Of a DNA stretch of 64,000 nt, positions 41,160 to 49,106 are shown one piece after another. This DNA is from Acaryochloridaceae cyanobacterium VAR_48_metabat_390. Its GTDB lineage: Bacteria; Cyanobacteriota; Cyanobacteriia; Thermosynechococcales; Thermosynechococcaceae. Within the stretch, counting starts at the first letter, position 1; each line of letters starts with the position of its first letter. Position numbers and translations under genes: made by a program. The stretch spans positions 32,001 to 96,000 of the forward strand of contig JANPLU010000107.1 in NCBI GenBank assembly GCA_031422435.1. Direction: 5' to 3'. The notes below the pieces were generated by a model, which saw only the letters and a program-made list of their open reading frames with translations, was not told the DNA's origin and ran no database searches.

Positions 41160-43064
41160 ATGAAGAGTTTAAAAACGGCTATTGATTCAAAAGGCAAGAT
41201 TTTACTAGTTGATGATCGCCTTGAGAATCTTGAATTACTCTCTTCAATTCTGACTAAAGCTGGGTATGAAATAAGGCGAGCAATTAATGGCGCAACTGCA
41301 TTGATGGGTGTCCGTTCTGCACCGCCAGATCTAATTTTACTAGATATCAATATGCCCGATATGAATGGCTATGAGGTCTGTCGGGAGCTGAAGAGAGATA
41401 TCCAGTATCAAGATATTCCTATTATTTTTATTAGCGCACTAGATGATGGCTTAGATAAAGTAAAAGCTTTTTCAGCTGGAGGTGTTGACTACATTTCTAA
41501 GCCGTTTGAAATGATGGAAGTGCTAAGTCGAATTGAAAATCATCTCCAAATTAGAGCAGCAAGAACAAGGTTAAAACAGTTAAATACAGAACTTGAGCAG
41601 CGGGTAGCAGAGCGCACTTCCGAACTTACTATTGCAAAGGAAAGGCTAGAACAAGAAAATCTAGAGCGTCGAAAAGCTCAGGCCATGCTAGAGCGAATGG
41701 CGTGGCACGATCCGCTAACGGATTTACCTAATCGCTTATGGCTCATGGGGAAGTTACAGGGGTTGATTGAGCATTCTAAACAAAACGCTGCCCATCAATT
41801 TGCAGTTCTGTTTCTGGACTGCGATCGCTTCAAGATCGTCAATGATTCACTCGGTCACATGATTGGAGACAAGCTGCTTGTGGAGATCGCACATCGGCTT
41901 TCAAGCTGTTTACCAACTAAAGCATCTATCGCACGGTTTGGCGGAGATGAATTTATTTTAGTACTGGAGGAAATTAATGATTTGGATGAAGCCAAACATC
42001 TGGCCGTACAGCTTCAAGAAGCTTTAGCTGCTTCCTTCAGCATAGAACCCCATGAAATGTATGTGAGTGCCAGCATTGGCATCGTTTTAGGGAGCCGCAG
42101 CGTTGATCATCCAGAAGATTTAGTGCGAGATGCAGACATTGCCATGTATCGCGCTAAGGCATTGGGTAGGGCTAGGTACTACATTTTTAACACGAACCTC
42201 TACAATAATGCCCAAAAACGCCTGCAGTTAGAAACAGACTTACGTCGAGCCGTGGAGCGGCAAGAATTTTTTCTTCAGTATCAACCCATCGTCTCTCTCA
42301 AAAATGGCAAAATTGAGGGGTTTGAGGCATTGGTGCGCTGGAATCATCCTAAGCAAGGTCTTATTTCCCCCTTAGATTTTATTTCAGTTGCCGAAGAAAC
42401 AGGGCTAATTGTGCCTCTCGGGCAATGGGTTTTAGCAGAATCCTGTCGTCAATTTCAGGCTTGGAAAGCTGAATTAAAGGCAACTGCAATAGGCGAATAC
42501 AGCGCAAAGACTTTTTCGTCGCTAAAGATCAGCGTTAATCTATCAGCCAAGCAGTTCTCACAACCGGGACTGATTGACGTAATTGATAAAATTTTTGAAG
42601 ATACAGATTTTGAAAGCAGCAATCTAAACTTAGAAATTACAGAAAGCGTACTCATGGACGACCCAGAATCAAACAGTTTGATTTTGGATGCACTGAAAGA
42701 TCGGCATATTCAGCTTGCGATAGATGATTTTGGAACTGGGTATTCTTCGTTGAGCTACTTACACCGTTTCTCAGTAGATATTCTTAAAATAGATCGGTCT
42801 TTTGTGAGTCGTCTTGGCTCTAATCGGGAAGGACTATGCATTATTGAAGCGATGACTTCAATGGCCCAAAGTTTAGACATTACGGTGGTTGCTGAAGGCG
42901 TTGAGACAATTGAGCAGGCTGCTCAACTCCGGCAGTTGGGGTGTGAATACGCCCAAGGCTACTGGTTTGGCAAACCAGTAGATCCAGAATCGGCAATAAA
43001 ATTGCTATTATCTTGCCCAAACTTTAATATTCCAAATTTCTCCAATTCATTGACCGATGCTTAA
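41160..43064 (+). CDS. REC-GGDEF-EAL c-di-GMP enzyme
   Basis: LLVDD, LLDINMP, HDPLTDLPNR, FGGDEF with no RxxD I-site, FEAL, EITES, DDFGTGYSSL. Confidence 0.94.
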   Translation: MKSLKTAIDSKGKILLVDDRLENLELLSSILTKAGYEIRRAINGATALMGVRSAPPDLILLDINMPDMNGYEVCRELKRDIQYQDIPIIFISALDDGLDKVKAFSAGGVDYISKPFEMMEVLSRIENHLQIRAARTRLKQLNTELEQRVAERTSELTIAKERLEQENLERRKAQAMLERMAWHDPLTDLPNRLWLMGKLQGLIEHSKQNAAHQFAVLFLDCDRFKIVNDSLGHMIGDKLLVEIAHRLSSCLPTKASIARFGGDEFILVLEEINDLDEAKHLAVQLQEALAASFSIEPHEMYVSASIGIVLGSRSVDHPEDLVRDADIAMYRAKALGRARYYIFNTNLYNNAQKRLQLETDLRRAVERQEFFLQYQPIVSLKNGKIEGFEALVRWNHPKQGLISPLDFISVAEETGLIVPLGQWVLAESCRQFQAWKAELKATAIGEYSAKTFSSLKISVNLSAKQFSQPGLIDVIDKIFEDTDFESSNLNLEITESVLMDDPESNSLILDALKDRHIQLAIDDFGTGYSSLSYLHRFSVDILKIDRSFVSRLGSNREGLCIIEAMTSMAQSLDITVVAEGVETIEQAAQLRQLGCEYAQGYWFGKPVDPESAIKLLLSCPNFNIPNFSNSLTDA

Positions 43065-43075
43065 TAATAACTCTT

Positions 43076-45412
43076 ATGTGTCAGCAGCCTTTTATTTTGG
43101 AGAATCGTATAGAGTATCTATTAAAAAGGGACTGCACAATTCATAACCTTATCTTCTTTAAGAAGAGTTTATATCAATTCAAAAGCATGAATCATAAAAT
43201 AAAGCTCAATAATATTCTACATAACAGTTCAGCCAAAGAAAACTTTACAAATCAAAGAAAACGCATTAAAGTATTATGTTTTTCTGAAAATAAGGATTCA
43301 AGCAGTCAACGGGTATTTGATTTAATTTTTCATCAAGTAAAGGCTGACGTTGAAGTTCACACCACAGACGACAACAAAAAGATACTCGACTATATTAGTC
43401 AACATAAAATTGAGCTTGTTTTAATTTATCAATCTTTATCTTGTGTAGAAAACCTAGATATACTTACAGGCACTATAGGACAGATTGACATCCCCATTAT
43501 TAGCATTATTGATCAAGAAAATGAGGCGATCGCCATGGCGGCGATCAATGCAGGTGCCCAAGACTACGTCACTCTAGAAGAAATTCGAGATACAACAATT
43601 CTTCAGCGAACTATTCAGCACACTCTTGTGCGGCACCGTCAAAAAATCCAGCAGAACCCGCAATTTCAGGCTATGCAAACCGATCCAGGTGATCGCAATC
43701 AAGCTGAAACACTTTCAAGAGAAAATGAAGAACGTTTCCGTCTTCTAGGAGAATGCGTTCCGTTTGGAATTTTTCAGACTGATCCCTTAGGACAGCCGAT
43801 TTATACTAATGCTTATTTACAAAATTTTTGTCCATCAAAATCTGGAATAAACTTTAGGGAAGGTTGGATTGATAATCTTCATCCCGACGATCAGGCTTAT
43901 TTGAAAAATATTGGTGCGCTGGAGTCTAGCAAAAATTTTGGACAGAGCTGGATGGACTCTATCCATCCAGATGATCGATGGGAAATTACACAATCTTTTG
44001 AAAACTTTATTCAGGGCATTGGTTCGTTTCATTGCGAATTTCGTCTAATTCGATCTCAGGACAACATCCGCTGGGTTTTAAGCCACGGGATTCCGCTGAT
44101 AGAGCAGGACGGAAAACCGATAGGCTATGCTGCCACCATTACTGACATTACAGTTCATAAACAAGCTGAAGAAAATCTTAAGCAACTCAACGTAGAGCTT
44201 GAAAGTCGAGTTCTCGAAAGAACTTCAGATTTGCAAAAAGCTAACCTAGAGCTCAGAATTGGCAATAAGATCCGCGAGTTTCATGAAGCGGAACGACAAG
44301 GTGCTGAGCGAGCGCTTTATAAGGCGAATGAACAGCTTCAGGCAGTCCTTGATGCTGTCCCTGGCTGTGTAGCGTGGGTGAGCGCCGATATGCGCTATCT
44401 AGGAGTAAATCGCCTCATGGCAAAGGTTTTTCAGTTAGAAGCTAAAGATTTTATTGGAAAAGAAGTTAGATCTATTAAATCTAGTACTGAGGCATATATT
44501 AAATTCGCCGAACGTTTTTTCGCAAATTCAGAAGATAGCGTTAGTGGAGAGTTAGACTTCAAGTTTAGCAAAAACAATCATAAACATTACTTACTAATTG
44601 GTCAAAAATATGCGCAAGGAAAAGCTGCTGTTTTCGTAGCCATTGAAATTACAGAACGAAAGCGTGCAGAGATTGAAACTCAACATGCCTTAGAAAAAGT
44701 AAAAGAATTAAGTGAGCTTAAATCTAGATTTATTTTTATGGTATCTCATGAATTTCGGACTCCTCTAACGTCAATTTTTACAGCAAGCGAATTGCTAGAG
44801 CATTATAGGCATAAGTGGCCTCCAGAGAAAGTTTTACAGTATCTCAAGCAAATTCAAGAATCCGTTGAACGGATGAACAGTTTACTAGAAGATGTTCTCA
44901 TTATTGGGGCGGGAGAAGTCGGCAAATTAAAACTTCAGCCCAGCGAATTAGATATTGTTGATTTCTGCAAACACTTAATTGAGGAGGCTCAGCTCTCTAA
45001 ACAAAATCGCCACATTTTTAATTTCACTCATAGTACTCAAACGCAGCGGGTGATCATTGATGCAAAACTTTTACGGCACATTCTGTCAAATTTACTGTCA
45101 AATTCTATTAAATACTCTCCAGAGAAAATGCCCATCAGTCTAAATCTATGGGGGGATAGCACACACATTACGTTTCAAGTGGTCGATTATGGCATCGGCA
45201 TCCCCCCTGAAGACCAAAAACATCTCTTTGAACTTTTTCATCGAGCCACCAATGTGGGCACAATAGGGGGAACTGGAATTGGTTTATCGATTGTCAAAAA
45301 ATCGGTAGATGCCTTAGGGGGTGAGATTTCCTTTGAGAGTAGCGTCAATGCTGGTTCAACATTTACCGTCTTAATTCCAATTAATCAGGTCAAGAGGGAG
45401 TATCAGTGGTAG
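43076..45412 (+). CDS. pseudo-receiver-PAS-PAS histidine kinase
   Basis: Degenerate REC (GAQDY retained, acidic pocket lost), PAS/PAC, H-box VSHEFRTPL, NLLSNSIKY, GTGIGL. Start may be ATG 43187. Confidence 0.9.
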   Translation: MCQQPFILENRIEYLLKRDCTIHNLIFFKKSLYQFKSMNHKIKLNNILHNSSAKENFTNQRKRIKVLCFSENKDSSSQRVFDLIFHQVKADVEVHTTDDNKKILDYISQHKIELVLIYQSLSCVENLDILTGTIGQIDIPIISIIDQENEAIAMAAINAGAQDYVTLEEIRDTTILQRTIQHTLVRHRQKIQQNPQFQAMQTDPGDRNQAETLSRENEERFRLLGECVPFGIFQTDPLGQPIYTNAYLQNFCPSKSGINFREGWIDNLHPDDQAYLKNIGALESSKNFGQSWMDSIHPDDRWEITQSFENFIQGIGSFHCEFRLIRSQDNIRWVLSHGIPLIEQDGKPIGYAATITDITVHKQAEENLKQLNVELESRVLERTSDLQKANLELRIGNKIREFHEAERQGAERALYKANEQLQAVLDAVPGCVAWVSADMRYLGVNRLMAKVFQLEAKDFIGKEVRSIKSSTEAYIKFAERFFANSEDSVSGELDFKFSKNNHKHYLLIGQKYAQGKAAVFVAIEITERKRAEIETQHALEKVKELSELKSRFIFMVSHEFRTPLTSIFTASELLEHYRHKWPPEKVLQYLKQIQESVERMNSLLEDVLIIGAGEVGKLKLQPSELDIVDFCKHLIEEAQLSKQNRHIFNFTHSTQTQRVIIDAKLLRHILSNLLSNSIKYSPEKMPISLNLWGDSTHITFQVVDYGIGIPPEDQKHLFELFHRATNVGTIGGTGIGLSIVKKSVDALGGEISFESSVNAGSTFTVLIPINQVKREYQW

Positions 45413-46545
45413 CCAAGATTCTTGTCATCGAAGATGAACTGAATGTGCGCGAAAATTTAGTTGAGCTTTTAGAAGCTGAAGATTTTGAGGTATTCTCAGC
45501 TAAAAATGGCTTTGAAGGCATTTCTTTAGCTCAAGAGCATCGACCGGAACTGATTCTATGCGATATAACCATGCCAGAACTGGATGGTTATGATGTTCTT
45601 AGTAACCTCCGCCAAAATTCAGAAATAGCGATAACGCCTTTTATTTTTCTGACGGCAAAGGCAGCTACTGACGAAATAAGACAGGGTATGAATTTAGGGG
45701 CTGATGACTACCTTACAAAACCTTTCAGCCGCAAAGAACTATTGACTACTATTCAGGCAAGATTATCTAAACAAGATATCTACACAAAAAATACTGATGC
45801 TCTATTAAATGATGTAGGAGAGAGATTAAACAATATAGGGCAGAAGTTTTCGTATTCTATCTCTGAAAAGATTTTTAATCCCTTAGATGAAATTTTGGGG
45901 GCTTCAGGAATTTTTGTCCAAGATTCAGATTCTATTGAGCCTAACGATATCAAGGAGCTGGGGAATGATATCCAAGCTAATGCTCATTTTTTGAAACGGG
46001 CTATTTTAAATGTATTTGTATACTTAAACATGGAGCTTTTGTTTCGCAACCCAGAAGCCCTAAAAATTATTCAGAACATTTACACCATGAAGCCTGGTGA
46101 CTTTGTGTTCATGATTTCTATGGAGATGGCAAAAAAATATGAATGTTCTAAAATTTTAACGGTAAAGGCAAGCAACGCTCGCCTTAAGATCGCAACCAAT
46201 GATTGGAAGAAAATCATTGAAGCATCGAATAACTTTATTTTTTCTTTGCCCAGAGAAACCTCATCATCAATAAATATTGAGACGAGTATCATAGGCGATG
46301 CATTTCAGTATTCTATTTGCTTTAAGTCTAGTGAGCTACCTTTAAGTCTGGTTCATAAAGCTTCTCAATATGCAGTTCAAAATCAAGAATTTTATGAGGA
46401 ATTAGATTCTAGCTTAGGTCTCCTTATTGTTCAGTGTATTGTTAGGCTTTACGGCGGTGATTTTACGATCAAAATTGATCAGAATCCTTGGGAAGAATCT
46501 CTTCTTTTGCTTATTTCCTTACCCCTTGCTTCCCAAGAGGGATAG
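45406..46545 (+). CDS. response regulator with a degenerate histidine-kinase-like output domain
   Basis: Intact REC (VIEDE, LCDITMP, LTAK, GADDYLTKPF). C-terminal SISEKIFNPL lacks the phospho-His; only remnants of HATPase boxes (LGL..V..IV..YGG). GTG start overlaps the upstream gene's 3' end. Confidence 0.85.
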   Translation: MVAKILVIEDELNVRENLVELLEAEDFEVFSAKNGFEGISLAQEHRPELILCDITMPELDGYDVLSNLRQNSEIAITPFIFLTAKAATDEIRQGMNLGADDYLTKPFSRKELLTTIQARLSKQDIYTKNTDALLNDVGERLNNIGQKFSYSISEKIFNPLDEILGASGIFVQDSDSIEPNDIKELGNDIQANAHFLKRAILNVFVYLNMELLFRNPEALKIIQNIYTMKPGDFVFMISMEMAKKYECSKILTVKASNARLKIATNDWKKIIEASNNFIFSLPRETSSSINIETSIIGDAFQYSICFKSSELPLSLVHKASQYAVQNQEFYEELDSSLGLLIVQCIVRLYGGDFTIKIDQNPWEESLLLLISLPLASQEG

Positions 46546-46561
46546 AGTTAAGAAAAAGCAT

Positions 46562-49090
46562 TTAAGTGGTAACGATGATTTGCCACAGGCAAACTCCAAT
46601 GATCAAAGCCGTAAAATGCTGCGGCCATAGGTTTTTAAACGGCTGGCGACCAATTTTTTGAGTGAGTGCCCAAGTGAACAAAATGCTCAAAACTAGGGTA
46701 CTCGTCTGTAAAAATGAAATCACCGCCGGATGAGAACTATAAGTAGGTAAAAAAGCGCCTTCATACCCTAGCGTCGCCCAAGTGATGGGCAATACCTGAC
46801 CTGCTTCTGTTAACCCTAGGCGTAAATAGTGGGCTAAGGTTGCTCCTAAAACAAGCGGTAAATACCCATAGGCAAGTTCTAGAAAAGGGCGATGTCTACC
46901 CGGTCTAAAGATATGCAGCAGCCCATGACCCATAAGAGGGAAGAGAGCGGCGATCGCCAACACTCCCACAGATACCCCCGCATGAGGCCAAAAATCTCGG
47001 AGATGGAAGTCTAACCCCAGAACAGTTTCTAGCTGCGGTAAGCGATGGAGAAAAACGCCCCCCAAAAGCAGCAGCAGCAAGGCAACTTCGTGACTGCGGG
47101 GCTGATGGGTCGTCCATAGCTCAATGCCGGGGGGACGCAGGTTAAACTCCACAGACCGATGGGGACAGGCTTTGAGACAGGTCATGCACAGTACGCAGTC
47201 TCGGTTGTCTACAAGCTGCGCTGGGTGAGAATACAGCGGGCACCCATTGGTTTCTTGCCCTTCTCCCTTCACAGGGCCGCCTTTATAGCACTGGTAGGTG
47301 GTGCATTCTGCCGAGCAGGTGCCCTGCTGCGCACGGAGTTCTGTTATAGAAAGTTTGGCAAACAGGCCATTCATGCCACCAATCGGGCACAGATAGCGGC
47401 ACCAAAATCGTCGCTCAAAAATCACCGAAAAAATCATGGCTCCGGCGGTAATCAGCAGCAGCAGACAGCTTGAAAGATAGGCGGTGTTCTCTAAATCCCA
47501 CAGTTCTTCCCATAGAAAAATGAGGGTAAATAGCCCAAACAAAAACCATCCACCCCAGCGATCGGCTTCGTCCCTAGGCCAGTGTTTGAGCTGACGCGGC
47601 ACCAGCCACAGCGACAGCTTTTGCACCACTTCGCCGTAAATCATAAAGGGGCAAACGGAACACCACAGCCGACCCACAAACGGAAAGCCCAGCAAAATAA
47701 GAGGCCACCACCAAGCCCAAAATAGGTTGAGTGCCGCATTGTGCTGACGATCTTGAGGCCCTACAAACAGAACCACTACCACTAGGGCAAAGACGCTGAG
47801 GGTGAATCCATAGTTGATGCGGGTGGGCCACCAGTCGCTTCGCAAAAACTGGCGCAGTTTGGGGTAGGCATTGAGTAAATTGAGGCGAAACCGCTGCTTT
47901 TTCCCTTCCGCAGGCCAAAAGACTTCATCGGTCAGGTCATCGGTGCCAGGGGACTGGGCGATCGCCCGATCTACCAAACTTTGCAGCTCTGCTAAGTTAC
48001 CAGGGTAGCTGTAAGCCTGAAGCCGCCGCAAAGCTTCGGGAGTGATGTCTCGCTTGGGAACACTTTTAGCTTGAGCAATCAGGGACAGGTAATAATCGAC
48101 CTGGGCTTTAACGTCTGTTTTTCGTACTCGCAGCGGCGGCACCTTGATGATGTGGGCAATCAGGCGCTCCACCTCGGGAAAGGTTTTCTCTGTCACGATA
48201 ATAATGCGGGCGCTGCTGGCTTTGGGCAAGGCAGTGCTGTTAGGGTCGCGCTGGATGGGGGTGTAGGTTGAAGTCTCTAGCAGCACTTTCAGCTTGGGAA
48301 TTAAATCTGGCGCTAAGTCCTGAAGGTTGTTAAAGACGAGGGTTCCTTCTCCTAATGCTTCTAAAATCCCAGGCTTTCCGCCCACACGCCCAAACAGATC
48401 CGCGCCGCTGGCTTGCAAGATGGCGCAGTTGACTTTAATCATGGGTTCGCGCCGCCAGGGGGAGCCAAAGTGAATGAGGGCGGCAGCGTTGTCTTTTTCG
48501 AGTCCTGGCTCTCCTAAAATCAGGGCGGGTTTGCGATCGCGGGCGGCATCTTTGATTTGCTGACGCAGACGAACGGCATAGCGACTGGTGCCCACAATGC
48601 CCCGCTTGGCTTTAGGCACCTGATAGGGGCGTAGGACGGCTTGGCGCTCTTGCTCAAAGGCCAGCTCAGATTTGACCTGCGCTAAGTCAACGGCTAACTT
48701 CCGTGAGACGGTTTGGACGAGTTCTGGGAACTGGTGGGCGATCGCCCCAAACTCTGCCTTGGGCATAAACCAAAACTGACAGTCTGTGAGCGCTACCACG
48801 GTTTCTTGGGTAGGCTGCTCTAGCAATAGTTCGGTGAGGTGCAGTACAGCACCTGGCAGCAAACTACTCGCCCAAGCGGGGCCGCTCGGGTTGGTACGAT
48901 AGCGCTCTAAGTGCCCTCGCCCCAGAATGTATAGCCCATCGGGAAGAGTGTCTTCTAAAACCAGTCGTCGGTTAGCGAAAAATTCTTGATACTGAAATTG
49001 AGGAAGCATCGCCTCTAAAGCAGCATCGGGCAGGTTCCCTAAAGCTGAGCGCTCTTTAAGCCAGATTAAGGTGAGCGTGGGAGTAGACAT
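46562..49090 (-). CDS. cNMP-binding / degenerate sigma54-type AAA+ / membrane 4Fe-4S (NapH/MauN-like) fusion protein
   Basis: N-terminal cNMP-like fold; GEPGLEKD, VNC, VPPLRVRK, YSYPGNLAEL; TM helices with WCSVCP, WCRYLCP and CVLCMTCLKACP. Confidence 0.85.
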   Translation of the reverse strand: MSTPTLTLIWLKERSALGNLPDAALEAMLPQFQYQEFFANRRLVLEDTLPDGLYILGRGHLERYRTNPSGPAWASSLLPGAVLHLTELLLEQPTQETVVALTDCQFWFMPKAEFGAIAHQFPELVQTVSRKLAVDLAQVKSELAFEQERQAVLRPYQVPKAKRGIVGTSRYAVRLRQQIKDAARDRKPALILGEPGLEKDNAAALIHFGSPWRREPMIKVNCAILQASGADLFGRVGGKPGILEALGEGTLVFNNLQDLAPDLIPKLKVLLETSTYTPIQRDPNSTALPKASSARIIIVTEKTFPEVERLIAHIIKVPPLRVRKTDVKAQVDYYLSLIAQAKSVPKRDITPEALRRLQAYSYPGNLAELQSLVDRAIAQSPGTDDLTDEVFWPAEGKKQRFRLNLLNAYPKLRQFLRSDWWPTRINYGFTLSVFALVVVVLFVGPQDRQHNAALNLFWAWWWPLILLGFPFVGRLWCSVCPFMIYGEVVQKLSLWLVPRQLKHWPRDEADRWGGWFLFGLFTLIFLWEELWDLENTAYLSSCLLLLITAGAMIFSVIFERRFWCRYLCPIGGMNGLFAKLSITELRAQQGTCSAECTTYQCYKGGPVKGEGQETNGCPLYSHPAQLVDNRDCVLCMTCLKACPHRSVEFNLRPPGIELWTTHQPRSHEVALLLLLLGGVFLHRLPQLETVLGLDFHLRDFWPHAGVSVGVLAIAALFPLMGHGLLHIFRPGRHRPFLELAYGYLPLVLGATLAHYLRLGLTEAGQVLPITWATLGYEGAFLPTYSSHPAVISFLQTSTLVLSILFTWALTQKIGRQPFKNLWPQHFTALIIGVCLWQIIVTT

Positions 49091-49106
49091 ACTGTTCTCC
49101 TAAGAT

